In this document: piece after piece, positions 1 to 12,950 of the stretch
How positions within the stretch are numbered: the first letter of the stretch is position 1
Layout: each line of letters begins with the position of its first letter
Origin: Lama guanicoe
Taxonomy: Eukaryota
Direction of reading: 5' to 3'
Length of the DNA stretch: 64,000 bases
NCBI GenBank assembly: GCA_013239625.1
Contig: MU056000.1
Span: 10,801,175-10,865,174 of the forward strand
Notes under the pieces: model-generated
Database searches by the model: none
What the model saw: the letters and a program-made list of their open reading frames with translations, nothing else
What the model was told of the DNA's origin: nothing
Program-made: the position numbers and the translations under genes

Positions 1-699
1 TGGAAAGTTAATTGATGATTGATTTGTAGTCTACCTTTCCCCCAAAGGATTAGACACTGTTTACTGCTAAATCATAATGCAAAATATAAATGCATATGAC
101 TCGTAAACACGAGGTGCTTTTTGACACTTACAATATTACTCCCCAACAACACAGACCAAGCTACGATTCATCAGGTTAGAGATGAGCAAATGAATGGCTT
201 CAGAGTAGGAAGAAGCAATAAAGGAAATTTTCTACAACCAAAGAAATAAGATGGGTTTGGGGCGGGATGATTAATACTGATGCCCAGTGATCACAGAGAG
301 ATGGAGGGTTATGCTTTGGCTGGGTCCATCTAGGCGCTGACCACTGAATGCAGAATCATAGCTTTGAGACTCAGATTTGGATAGTATTATTTTGCAAGTA
401 ATTTTATATTGTGAAAATGCCTTTCTCAGCAAGATTTAATAGACATCAAAATTCACTATTTACTAAATGCCTAGGGCACTGTGTGACCCGGTAAGCCAGT
501 AGCAACTTTATTCATGGGTTAAAACATACATACATATAAGTATATATAAATATGCACACATTATATGTAATACATTCTCTATATATTTTATGGGTTAAAA
601 TAAAAAAACATTAGAAAATAGTTTCACATCATCAGTAGGATGTGAATAATTATTGATGCTGTGAAACTGTTCATGTTTTGTTCCTGAAATAAATAATTG

Positions 700-915
700 G
701 GGAATATAATCTGAAATAGCTAAATCAAAATACTGAATTCAAAAAGGTAACTGTTTATATGATGTTGGACAAATGGCTGAAACTTTCTGTGCCTCCGAAT
801 GTTCATCAGAAAAATGGAGCTGATAAGAGCGGAACTCACGTTACGGGGCTGTTGTGTTGACTGGATGTGGCAAAGCACATGATACAATAAATGCTCAAGC
901 CGTACTAGTTATGAT
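700..915 (+). mobile_element. MIR SINE
   Basis: MIR core-like ttggacaaatggctgaaactttctgtgcctcc...cagaaaaatggagctgataa and 3' end aataaatgctcaa. Confidence 0.7.
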
Positions 916-929
916 GCACACACAGCCGT

Positions 930-1120
930 GCCCTTCTCTTTATCATAACATTTATCATACCTTTTCCAACTGCTTGTTTAATTATCTATCTTCCTTTCTT
1001 GACCGTAAGCCTCATAAGAGCAGGAATCTTATCTTTTCTCATAGTATTTCTAGCATTCAGTGCTGGGCTTGGCATGTATAAGGACACTCAGTAAATATTT
1101 GCTGAATATGTGAATGAATA
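930..1120 (+). mobile_element. L2 LINE 3' end
   Basis: gtaagcctcataagagcaggaatc...ggcatgtataaggacactcagtaaatatttgctgaatatgtgaatgaa resembles the L2 terminus. Confidence 0.7.
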
Positions 1121-2939
1121 ATTTGGAGGGAAAGCCCTCAATTATTTTTAACATGGTGTGGGTCAAATAAAACACATCGGAGGACTGCATTTGGCCTATG
1201 GACATCCAATTTGTGATTTTTGCTAAGAGTATGGCCATGATAATTTAGCATGGAAGTCTTTCAGACATGTGTTATCAATCTCTTATATGACTCTGGAAGA
1301 CTCAACAAACATCCATAGCATGTCTAATTTTGGACAATAAAGATGCTAGTGAAACCTTGACATTTCAATAGTTCAGATGATTTCAAATATTTCTCTTCCA
1401 AACTGAAAGAATGACAAAGTTGTTTTATTTCCTCTCCCTTTAAGTTAAAAATAATTCTCCCTGTTTTAAAAAATGACAGTGTGTCTTAACAGCTTCCAAG
1501 TTATAGCTAACAACACTTTGCTGTTTCTTAGGGATGTGTTTCATCTGTTATCTATTCATAACCCAAAGTTGCTGTCCTTGCAGGAAGACCAGAAGCTATA
1601 TGGAGGGAGTCGCCTCCAATAAGTCCTTGATGTCCATGCTCTGTGCTCCCTACTGGTCCTTGAAATGCAATCTCTCCACCCAGTATTTAACTTCATGGCA
1701 TTTGGTACTTGGAAACTATTTGAAAAGAAAAAAAAATGACTTAACTCCAGTCAACGTTGCATTAAAAAAGTTTCCTTTGGATAAAAAATTAGGATAGAAA
1801 TGATGAGACACATTTCCCCAGGCATCATTCAGAGTTCACTATGAACAAATGTTAACTGTAAAAAAAAGTTTATGTAAATAATGCAGTTTCAATAACCGTA
1901 ACACATTCCTTATATAAGCATGGGCACAACTATTTTAATCGAACTTTAGTGGCTGTCTAGACAGACTGATAGAATATCTTGATCTGGAATTTAACTAGAG
2001 ATTAAAAAACTCAGAGGAAAAATGCTTTGATGTCTTTTTTGGGAAGATGTGGTTTTGGAGGTGAACAAGCCTACGGAGGGAGGATGCAAGAATGCTGGTT
2101 TTAGAAATGAGATATTAGGTAAAAGAGAGAGAGAAGGAACATGGTGAGAAGCTGTCATATTTGTGAAGACACTTTTAGGGCTTATTCTGTAACTCAAATT
2201 TGGAACTAGGTCCGTAATAGATCTCATGTGTTTGGCAGTAAATTGTACCGATGTTTGAAAAATGGGATCAGTCAGCTCCAGCACCAGCTATCTTCATTGC
2301 TACCAACAATCTCATTTTGATGACATTTCTGTTGTTATTGCATTCCAAGTCATGTCTAGAGGGCTGCCCATTACGTGAAGTCTCTAAACAGCTGGGAAGA
2401 GGAACGGGTGGCAGGGCTGGGTGGCAGCCTCTCTCCCACAGTCTTTGTTTTCTGTCTGCCTCTTGCATCCACCGCCAAAATGGCTCTTCCCTTTCCTGTT
2501 CATCGTTCCGAGACTTCAGTGTTGCCTTTTCTGCTGTTCTTCCAAGAAGGAGGTCTCTGCAATTATGTCCCATCTTTCAGTTTTTAACCCCAAACGTCAC
2601 CCTTTAGTATGTGATTTAAATATGGGCCCAGTAAGAAAATAACCCTGGCTTCACCCTGGGGTCTGGAAGAATCAGGCACAGTTAGGTAGTCTGCAAAGAG
2701 AAACTGGGGGAAAGCCTCAATCGAAGTGTGAAGCTTTACAGTTTATGATGGAAAGGAAGGGTTGGAACTTCTGACATGAGGCTGCAAGAAATCTTCTAGC
2801 CTCTGTCTGGAACTTCTGGAACCCATTTTCTGGAGGAAGCCAGATGTCATGTATGGAGACTACCCCTGGGCTGCTCTGCTGGGAGGAAGTCCAGGCAGTC
2901 ATACCTTCCTCATTATGTCATCTATTGTGACAACTGCCA

Positions 2940-3708
2940 AATACATACATTTGCTCCCTCTCCTCTGAGCCTCAGAGTCGTGCACCCACAGGTCCACTTC
3001 ACATCTCTGCTTGAAAGTCCCATCCCACAAGCATCACAGTGTAAATGTTGGAAACGGAGCACTGGATTTCTAGTCTCCCCTGCCCCCCAAATCTCTCCCT
3101 TCTTCAATTTCTCATCTTGGGAACTGGTTCCAATGCACACCCAGTGCTTTAGCCTTCATTTATCTTCTTGCAAACCTCACAACTAGTCCACCTGTAAAAA
3201 ACTAGCTGTTCTGTGTCCACTCGTGTCCCTTGAATTTTTTCCAGTTTTCTCCACCTCCACTGTCTGCATCATCATCTCTTTCAATGGCCTCCATAGTGGA
3301 CTCCTGCCTCCTTTCCTGTCACTCATCTATCCATCCTGCACTCACCAACTACAGTTATGTTTTAAAATGTCAGTCAGATCTTCCTAGGTCCCTGTGTGGA
3401 CACCTGAATGGCTTGCTAAGGCATTTGAGTGCCATCCCAACCACAGAACATGATACGTGTGGTCCTCCATGGTCTTCTACAGCCTCATTTCGTGGCCCTC
3501 TCCCCTTGCTCAGTTATTCCAGCACACCAGCCCTTTCTCATCTAGGGACCTTGGTAATGACTGTCCTTTCCTTGGACCACTCCCATCTGCTCTTCACATT
3601 CTCAGCTTAAATGTCACTGGAGAACTCTCATGACTGCCCCACCTAGTGTAGTTTCCTCCAGTGTCTTTAATCATGGCATCCTATTTGTTTACCATAATGT
3701 TTGTGACC
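2940..3708 (+). mobile_element. L2 LINE fragment, interrupted by an L1 insertion
   Basis: Pyrimidine-rich L2-like motifs (ttttaaaatgtcagtcagatc, cagcttaaatgtcact); continues after 3966. Confidence 0.6.
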
Positions 3709-3722
3709 ACTGTAATTATTTT

Positions 3723-3952
3723 TTTATTATTGATTTATGTTGAAGTAGAGTTGATGTACAATGCTATGTAAGTTACAGGTGTACAATAGAGTAATTCACA
3801 ATGTTTAAAAGTAAACTCCATTTATAGTTATTATAAAATATTGGTCGTATTCCCTGTGTGGTAAAATATATCCTTGTAGCTTATTTTATGCATAGTATTT
3901 TTACCTCTTAGTCCCCTCCCCCTGCACTGCCCCTCCCCCTTTCCCTCTCCCT
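3723..3952 (-). mobile_element. 5'-truncated young L1 3' UTR (cetartiodactyl type)
   Basis: T-rich tail then tgaagtagagttgatgtacaat...ataaaatattggtcgtattccctgtg; flanked by TSD actgtaatt(a/g)tttt at 3709-3722 and 3953-3966. Confidence 0.9.
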
Positions 3953-3966
3953 ACTGTAATTGTTTT

Positions 3967-4130
3967 GTGTTTTTACATTTAATATGTATCATCTGGCTCT
4001 TTATATACCCTTTAAACAGCACAAACTTACAGCCCATGTCTATTTTCTAGTATCCATTTTGTCCTTGGTACTTAGCACAGTGTCTGGCACAAACCAGGTG
4101 CTCAGCTAGATATTCTGTTGAATAAGTTAA
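3967..4130 (+). mobile_element. L2 3' end (continuation)
   Basis: cttagcacagtgtctggcacaaaccaggtgctcagctagatattctgttgaata. Confidence 0.65.
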
Positions 4131-5649
4131 CAAATACCAAAGCCTTGGAAAATCTCAAGAGAACCATGTACTTGATTTAGGGGAGAAGCTGTGAGAAAGC
4201 GATCTCTTCCATAGTGAGACAGACTAGAAAACCAGGAACGGAAGCCTGTTTTGAAGGGTATCAGGGCAGCATTACACCAGGGAGATCTGGTCCCTACCCA
4301 TCTCCTGTTATTCCTCTTGGACTAGCTGCCCAGCCTTTCATCACTCGAGCTCCCATCTATCTCCTGCCCCTGGAAATCCCACTCCCAAGTCTGAGTCTTC
4401 AGCAGTCCCGCTCTCTTCTCCATCTCTACCTGTGATGCCCCCCCTACCCAAGTGCAGTCCTCACATCAGAAATGCCCCTACCCACAGCCTGAAACGGGAA
4501 GCCCCCACTTGCCCCACTCAGTGAATGGAGGAGGCCTGGGGCAGGGGAGGGAACCCTCAGTTCCTTGGTTCTACAGCTGTGCTTCCAGCTCCCAAACTGG
4601 CTGAGGAAGAGATGGCAGTGGGACCCTCAAGCAAAGCAGTTCAGTAGACAAGTGGGTTCGAGACTCTGAGGCTCGGAGGAGAGTTTCAGGCCAATGTATA
4701 CATTTGTGAGTTGTCATAATAGGTGAAACCTTGAGAAAGGATAAAACCCACAGGAAGAGGCATTAGAATGAGGAGGAAAGAGGATGGCTGATGGCAATAA
4801 AAAAATAAAGAGTAACTGGGAGGAAAAGAAAAGTTTTTCTTCTCCGACACTTGGTCCAGATGGGAAGAGACTGTCTCCAAAGCACATCAGCTCCTGATGT
4901 GACCTCTGCTCCCTGGACGTCAACCCGAGGAAGCAAGATGAAGGGACCTTCTGACTTTGGTTCCAAATATTACAGTATCCCCAGTCTCCCACAATGTTGC
5001 CTATTTCTTCCATGAAGCCCATGAGGGCTTTGAGAAGTGTCTGGGAACTGGTCCTCTTTGCTACGTGGAGCTCACCATTGCTCTCTGTCTCACCCTGGCT
5101 GCCTGGGCTCCTGCAGGCAGAGTGACCCCAGTGTTATACCCCCGACTCAGGCCACCCTTCTGTGAGCTCCAGGCCTGGGAGCAAGCCCCTGGACCTTCCT
5201 GTGTTGCCCCAGGATCCTAGTTACCAAAACATTTGCAGGTTCTCTTTCTCTTCTTTTGTGTTAATTTTATTCAGAGAGTCACAACTACAGGATTTCTCAA
5301 TGATTAGCTGATAACTTAGGCATGGAACTCACTGCAGCCATCAGACTTGACTTTTGTAAAAGGACTTGTGAGATCCCCAACGTCGAGCCCTTTACCAAAG
5401 GGAAGTCTGCTCCACATGCCCCTTGGAGAGAAGATGCATAAATGAAGACTCTGAAAGCTCAGCGCCTGCTGATCGAGAACCTTCCCCACAGGGTGACTCC
5501 CTAGGATGGGAGTGGAGCCAAGTGCTCTTTGTGGGGAGGACTGAACTCATTCTTTTGCCTCTCTCTGAGAGAAAGAGGGTTTGGGGAACCCATGGCTAAG
5601 GGTGTCTGACGCTGAAGATGGAGGAGAACAAAGAAACTTCTGGTTACTT

Positions 5650-5785
5650 CACAGCAGGAGTAAAACTCAGCACACAGGTTTTACAAAATACAAACAATGC
5701 TTGCATCTCACCCCTAGAGATTCTAATGTGATTTTGTCTTAAGTGCAGCTGGAATTTTAAAAGCTTTTGAGGGAATCTCAAAAGA
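5650..5785. mobile_element. MER5-like hAT DNA element remnant
   Basis: catctcacccctagagattctaat...ggaattttaaaagct resembles the MER5 family. Confidence 0.45.
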
Positions 5786-5806
5786 GTCTCAAAAGAGGGA
5801 GTGTCT

Positions 5807-6410
5807 GTAATCGCCAAGACGTGGAAGCAATCTAAATGTCCATCGACATGCAAATGGATAAAGATGTGGTATGTATGTGTATATATATTTATGTGTAGAT
5901 GTGTATACACATATATGTGTATATATGTATATATACACACAATGGAATATTACTCAGCCATAGAATGGAATGAAATAATGTCATTGGCAGAAACATGGAT
6001 GGAACTGGAGATTATTATACTAAGTGAAGTAAGTCAGTTAAGAAAGACAAATATCATATAACTTATGTGTGGAATCTAAAAAAAATGATACAAATGAACT
6101 TATTTACAAAGAGAAATAGATGCACAGACATAGAAAACAAACTTATAGTTACCAAAGGGGAAAGGGTTTGGGGGGAGGGATAAATTAGGAGTTTGAGATT
6201 AGCAGATACAAACTACTATATATAAAATAGATAAATAACAAGTTCCTACTGTATAGCACAAGGAATTATATTCAATATCTTATAATAATCTATAATGGAA
6301 AAGAATTTGAAAAAGAATATATATGTATTTATAACTGAATCACTTTGCTGTGCACCTGAAACTAGCACAACATTGTAAATTAACTCTACTCCAATTAGAA
6401 AAAAAAAAAA
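5807..6410 (+). mobile_element. L1 3' end (ORF2 C-terminus, 3' UTR, poly-A)
   Basis: ORF 5801-6061 IAKTWKQSKCPS...MEYYSAI...WMELEIIILSEVSQ is the L1 ORF2 C-terminus; poly-A 6399-6410; TSD aaaagagg(g/a)agtgtct at 5791-5806 and 6407-6422. Confidence 0.95.
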
Positions 6411-6706
6411 GAGGAAGTGTCTTGGGTAGCTCTTCAAATATCCACCTCATAGATCCAAAGTTCCCTCCATCTGAAATCGAGACCTTCAAAGCACAAGCTT
6501 GAACTGAATCACGGAAATACAGCGCGGCTAACAGGTGTATTTTAGACTATGGGTGAAGAAAGAAGATAAGGCCACAAAAATGTGAATACCAAAAGCTTTT
6601 CATACCATTTTTCTCATGGGTATGGATTGTTGTGTTTGTGGGAGGCAATGGAACTGGGAGCAACCAGGAGAAAACATTATAATCTAGGGCTGGAGTGAGT
6701 GATCTT

Positions 6707-6850
6707 TTTTTTTTTTAATTTATTTTTATTTTTGGGAGGGAGGTAATTAGGTTTATTTCTTTATTTATTTCTTAGTGGAAGTGCTGATTGAACCCAGGAC
6801 CTCACGCTTGCTAAGCAGGCACTCTACCACTGAGCTATACCCTCCTTTCT
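6707..6850 (-). mobile_element. tRNA-derived SINE, vic-1-like (camelid)
   Basis: Reverse strand reads ggtatagctcagtggtagagtgcctgcttagcaagcgtgaggtcctgggttcaatc (A and B boxes, tRNA-Ala-like), then aaataaacctaattacctccc and an A-tail; TSD tgagtgatctt/tgagcaatctt. Confidence 0.9.
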
Positions 6851-8504
6851 TGAGCAATCTTATGTATAGAATTTTTGTGCCCTTCCTTTTCATTAATCCA
6901 GGCATGAGGTGGGTCCCAGTTCTCTCTCAAGGTGCCCCAGACTCGCAAAGCCAATAAAATCTCCTGAGAATCTCTGAGCCATGTTGATCTCTGTTGTCTC
7001 TCTGTGACAGTTTCGTCCAAAGGGCTCTGGTGACTACATGAAAGGAGGGAGTGGCACTAACGATACAGTTTAACCTAAATTTTGTGCTTTAGACCCTCTT
7101 GAAACAGCCTAGCTGTTGAGGAAGAGTGAATTGAATTAAGTCACAAAAAGATACGTTATAGTGTAAGGAGAATTAAATTGGAGAGAAACATGTCATAAAA
7201 CTTTTGACAAGAATTATAAATCCAATTTATTTATCCACAAAAAAAGGCCTGTCAGTAGTGGACATGGTGATAAATCAGCCTAGATTATTAGAAATAATGC
7301 AGTGAATAATCCGCAAAGGAATTAGGAACCAAATAGTAATCTCTGAGTAATATATTATCAGGTTGCTTTGGTCGCAAAACCGATGTGCCCCTGAACCGCT
7401 GTGAAAAGCTGCAACGACTCTGGAATTAAGAAATTTGGGCGTTGTGAGTAGGAATGGTATTTACTTGGTTTTTGGCTCTTGAAAGAGGCAGCTTGATTGG
7501 GAGGTGGGTGGCTTTGTGTCCAGCATACGTGACATATTTAATTCTACACACCATGGATAGAATGCAATTGTTAGATTGACTACTTCGTATTCCAGTGCGT
7601 CCTTGCTCGTCATATTTCTCTTTTGGCTCTTGTGGATGCCTTTGCCTTCTAACCTAAACATTTTACCCCCTTTGGCAGCATTAAGAACCCTGATTGTTAG
7701 ACTTAACAAGAGGATGTGCCAAGTGCTTGATCAAAGCAGGTCATGATTTTATTAAGTTGCATTAAACCTGACAATTGTCAGCCTTGAGTACTTTCCACCT
7801 CCCTGTCTCCCCGAGGTCAGGAATAATGTAGGAATTTTAATGTGATTTTCCGCGGTGGCTGATTTGAATTTCTAGGACAGTAAGAAGAATCTCTAGGACG
7901 TTAGGGAAGAGGGCACATTCCTAGGGGAAGACTGCCTCTCCCAGGTGTTATCTCAAATGAAATGGCCTCAAACTGTATTAATATGCCACCAGTTGTATCC
8001 TATGAGAGCTTATCAAGAAATGAATTTAGTAGCCATGGCGTTCGTCTTTGCTAAGTCAGGAACTGTGTAACTTGTGGGCTTGCGTTCAGAGGTTGTAGGA
8101 AACCTGCGAGCCTGCTAACCCTCATGCGGCAGACAGTCACATGGCTTGTTTTTCTAAAGTCCAGCTGGCAACCTTTGAAAAGAAACCTATTTGATTGGCA
8201 GCCGTGCAGCTTTGCAATTTCTTGTGCCATCCAGGTCAGAAAATCATGTTGGGATGAGCAGACATAGCTACCATTAAAAAAAAATTAGAGTTAATGAGTG
8301 CTTATCAAATGCTTATATAAGTGATAATCTGACATGGTGAGGAGCTTTTGGACAGAAATGCATGGGCTGGTGATATCTAAAAGTCAAAACTTCTAGATTG
8401 GAATCAGGGCTATAAATATGCTATTATCTTGGTGTCTGTTTCAAAAATTGTGTATAGTTTCATTTGAAAGTTCAGTCTAAGTTCCAGTGACCTGATACAT
8501 AATA

Positions 8505-8710
8505 AACCATGTATGCATGTATCTATCTGTATGTAAATATACGCACAGACATATGTGATCTGCATATATATACATAAAAGGATATAGATATCAAAGGAAT
8601 ATATAAAAAATCCATCTACATATCATTTTATATCCTTTCTTCCTTTCTCTGTCTCTCTGTCTCTCTTTCTCCTCTCTATAGACATATGTGCATATCCATA
8701 TATGTATTTT
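8505..8710. repeat. Low-complexity (TA/TG/CA) and (CT)-rich tract
   Basis: Directly visible degenerate dinucleotide repeats. Confidence 0.7.
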
Positions 8711-10069
8711 TTCCTTCTTACGCATATTTTCCTTAGAGAGAAAACCATCTTGATGTGGCTGGAGCAAGGTAAATGTAGATACTCCTCAGCCAGCTTTCAA
8801 GGTCTAGGATTGAACTCTTCGCATGCGCCAAGAGAGACACAGGAAGAGACAGAGAGATTGCTCTTAAAAGCATTGTCCACTCAGCAGTTCCATTGGAGAG
8901 AAACACTGCTCATTGTAAAGGAAACTGAAAGAGAAAAAGAAACATTGGACCGTAATGGTTGCTGTATCAACTTGCTGACATTTCACAATCATCTCCCTGC
9001 AAATTGGACTCGTTGGCATCAAGGAACACGTGGGTGAATACCAGAGGCAGAAGCATCTCAGCTTGGCTTCTTCTGTGACGGTGAAGTCTAGCAACTACTT
9101 TTAGTCCTGAGAAGGTAGCTTAAAGGGATAACAGACTTACACTTGATACTTCTTTTTCTTTCTTCTATTGAAAAAAAAAAGCCCTCCTCTCTGGAGGGAG
9201 TTTAAGGTTCTTGAGACTTGTATTTACTGCTGATTTTTAACTATGACGTTTACCTGTTCACTGTCACGTTTCTTCATCTTGGTTGTCATAATAGCCTTAT
9301 GGCGTCCAGCCTCAGAAGGGCCTCAGTCATGTTCAGTGACCACTCCCTTCTCCTTTCCAGGATAAGGCAAGTCCCCAGGACCATCTGGGAAAAGATGGGC
9401 TGTTCTCTCCTCAGTAGTAGAGACATTTGATCGCTTTTCTAGTGTTTCGCCATTTTGGTAACTTGACCACTGTTCCTCCATTTCTTCTGCTCCTACCGCC
9501 ACCTGCTGGCCAAATTTCTCTCTGCATAGCTTGGGTTCCCATTCTCTAGGGAAGATCTGATCCCATTAGCCAGTCACCACAGGCCTATGTCCACATGCCT
9601 GTTAAACAGAACTGTAAGACTATTTGGCATTGGATGAGACCTTCATCCCTGGTCTGACATGGATGGGATCTGAATGGTGGGGTCCTGGTGGCACAGCACA
9701 GATTCCCTTGTGTGAGTTGCTGTATCTGACTCTGACCCCATGTGGGAGATGATAACCTTGCCTCACAGGGTGGCTGTCAGGATTGAAAAAGAAATCCCAG
9801 TGTCCAGCATGGAAGGGCCTTAGCTGAGCTACAGGCTTTTCCTGCTCTGTGCTATCTTTTGGACTCGAACCTGTGGCAGATAGTAACTTTTTCGGATTTT
9901 TATTTTCTCACAATCTGTTTTGTTTTTGCCTTTTTGATTTGTATGTTTCCAGAGTGATGCAGATGAGTCATATTTAGGGTCCAGCTGTAACAATGGCATG
10001 TTTTATCTTTGGATGAGGATGTGATGATGGTGATGATGATGGTGACAAGGATGAGGATGACGACCGGGG

Positions 10070-10285
10070 CCAGCCACACCGACTGCTAGCCACGTGCCAG
10101 GCACTGTGCGAAGTGCTTTGCATGAATTATCTTATTTCATCCTCATCTTGATTCTACAGAGCAGGTTCTGTTCTTGTCCCTATTGTACTGAGGAGGCCAC
10201 TGAGAGTCTCAGGAAGGTTAGATAACCTGCCCAAAGTTACACACCTGTGGACCCAGTTTTGAAGTGGAGCTCGGTTTTGACCTCC
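10070..10285 (-). mobile_element. MIR SINE, preceded by a (GAT)n tract at 10012-10062
   Basis: gtgccaggcactgtgcgaagtgctttgcatgaattatcttatttcatcctca...ggttagataacctgcccaaagttacac. Confidence 0.85.
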
Positions 10286-11544
10286 ACTGAAGAGCTGAGC
10301 CTTCCAGCAGCCAGTAGGTTGAATTTTTAGTTTCTGGAGAGTTATTTTGGCAGCTGTCTTGCTGTTAGAGAATCATTATGTAGCTTGCTAATTTATAATA
10401 TCATCCATCCCCAAAGTGGCCAGCATATAAGGGGTGCGTGTGAAACTGACTTTTAAAAATTAGTGGCCAATCAGTTTAAATGATTAGAATATTGGCCAAA
10501 TCAAAGTTTAATTGTGACGAGAACTTACGACAAGTGCCCTTGGGGGTTTGTACATATAATAGAGGAATTGATAAAGTTATATTTTAAGAAACCAACCAAA
10601 GATAAAATCTGCAAGCCCTGTTCTCTCGTGGTGGTTATAGAAACCAGTGCTCCAAATCAACTGCTAATTGGGATTAATTTATATCCCACTGGTAGCTCAT
10701 GAAAAAATGTTCTCTGTGTTTTATTTTTTAAAATGTGATGTACAGTCATTGCAACCAGTATATTTGATACCTTATTTATAAAGAATCTTAAATATGGAAT
10801 AATTTAAAATAAACGTCCCATTTTTATTGTTTGATTCTGTCATCAGGGGCATGCACACAATTTGTTTATTTCAATATCTGGAAGCTTCTGCTCTAAGGAC
10901 AAATGTGAACAATTATGTCATCCTAACACTTTGACCCACTCTTTTTTTCTTGTTTCTTTTTTTTAGGTTCTGCCCAGGATTGCAGGCCCATCTTTTTTTT
11001 TTTTTTAAGAAAAAAATGGAATAATTAGCTTTGTCCCTCTCCTGTCTACCTGCTGTTAAGACACTGATGTTTATTACTTCTAAGTGAGGTGACAAACTTG
11101 TCAATAGCTCTTCTTTTTGAGAAGGTCAAAGGGTGTGATATTTGGATATTTTTAAGAATATTTGAAATGGATATTTTAATATTTTGGGTAACAGCTTTCT
11201 CAGCTTTCATTGAAAGAAAACCATAAATCATTCCTCACATTTAGTAATTTAGGTGAATTTACAGCAAAGAAGTAAGAGTGGCATCGGTCTAGTAGTTCTG
11301 GAAAAAGATGAAGAATGAGGTTATCTATTAAAGCTCAGTATAGGTAATTCAAATCAAAAGGACAAGGGACAGAATTTGCATAATATTAAAACATGATCAG
11401 TGTGAAATATGTTCCTGTACCTTCTTATAATAAACTGCCATGACAAGCTTACAGATCAAACCCATGAAGTTGTGTAAGTAGAATTTACATAGCCATGTAT
11501 ACAGCCTCAAGTGACAAGTGCATATGGAATGAATGAATGAATCT

Positions 11545-11870
11545 AGAGTGAGTAGTGTTTAATTGCACAGACTCAACTCCTTGGATTCAGATCCTACCTT
11601 TGCCACTTCCCAGCTGTGTGACCTTGTGCAAATTGCTTAATTTCTCTGTTTTTTTTTCTTTTATGTATAACACTGATAGTAATGGCACCTACCTCATAGC
11701 AATGTTATTATCATCATCATATTTTAAATTCTTATTTTTTATTGAAGTGTAGTCCACTTACAATGTTAGTTGCACGTGTTTAGCATAGCATTGTTATGTG
11801 GATTAAAGGATTTAACAAATAAGGGGTTTAGACCTTCTCTGGCACATGTGTGCTCACATGTGCTAGCTCT
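11545..11870 (+). mobile_element. MIR SINE split by a short L1 tail
   Basis: tggattcagatcctacctttgccacttcccagctgtgtgaccttgtgcaaattgcttaatttctctg...acctacctcatag / ttgttatgtggattaaa. Confidence 0.85.
11709..11783 (-). mobile_element. Very short L1 3'-terminal insertion
   Basis: ttttttattgaagtgtagtccacttacaatgttag; TSD catagca(a/t)tgttat at 11695-11708 and 11784-11797. Confidence 0.8.
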
Positions 11871-12739
11871 TGTGATGTGATTGTTTTCCATTCTCATTCT
11901 TCTAGAAAGAAAAAAGTAAAGGCGAAGTTAATAATAATGAGACTATTCCACATTGAGATGATGAAAAACACTCAAACATCACAAGGATAGACTTCTGAAA
12001 TGAGTCCAACTTCAATGAGTCAATGAAAATCTCCAATACCCAGAACAAGTGACCTAATAGCCAAAAACTGAATGTCAGCTTGTCTGTTCACTCCCATCCG
12101 TTGATAGTGATGACTCGAAATGATGGATGGAGACGTTGGCGAAGCCAGTCTGAACGGAGGGGAGGAGGAAGGTGTGACTAAGCGAGGCTGCCAAGCGCCC
12201 TGGAGCTGGGAGTGTCTCATATGCTCCGTGCATTTTCCTCCCCCACCTACTGCAAATCTTGCACCCAGACCTGCTGATTGAGCCAAATCCACTTCTTCTG
12301 GAAGAATTCAGAGTGAGAGAGACAGTTTATCTCTGTCATTTTGGCTAGGACATAGGTCTACGTGCTTCTATCAGCTGAGGCCAAATGTTCAGCCAAGCAC
12401 AGTCAGGAAATCCTGCAGCTGCTGGCCAAATAGTCCTTTATCCTGTGAGGTGGAACCACTTTACTAAAATTTCCTCTTCCTTGGCAAAGGTCTCTGTTAA
12501 ATGTTCCTGGACAATGTGTACGCAATGCCCTTTATTACGGGCTTTTAATTTTTATCACAAAGTAACAACTTTTATCATCCATGAAGAATTTCTGCACCAC
12601 CACCTTCCAGTTCCCAAAGAATCCCGTCTAATTCTACTATTCATTCTCCCTAACGGTAACTCACCAAGCAGTGAAATCTGCGTCTTTCGGGTCATCTTAG
12701 CAATGGCTGCCACCCACTGAAATCAGCATATCAAGCGCG

Positions 12740-12950
12740 TTGGGATAGTTGAAGGAGCCTGACAAAGAAAGCATTTTATATACTTTATCTCATTAATATT
12801 TATCAGCATCCTAGAGGGGATGTATTATCAGTGCTCCTATTTCACAGATGAGAAAACTGAAACTTAGAGAGATAAGTATCTTTTCCCAGATTAACCACCT
12901 AGAGGTTGGTTTAGCTGGAATTTCATGTAGGTTTGACTCCAGAATCAGAG
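12740..12950 (-). mobile_element. MIR SINE
   Basis: cctatttcacagatgagaaaactgaaacttagagagataagtatcttttcccaga...gtttgactccagaatc. Confidence 0.85.

Noticed and set aside
2251..2642. Cluster of overlapping ORFs on both strands
   Set aside because: No recognisable homology or convincing splice signals; expected by chance in GC-richer sequence.
6775..6850. tRNA-Ala-like gene on the minus strand
   Set aside because: It has a SINE tail, poly-A and TSD, and the acceptor/T-arm region is damaged; it is a SINE, not a tRNA gene.
10941..10968. Strong-looking splice acceptor (long T/C tract then tag|g)
   Set aside because: No plausible donor or exon downstream; followed by a poly-T run.
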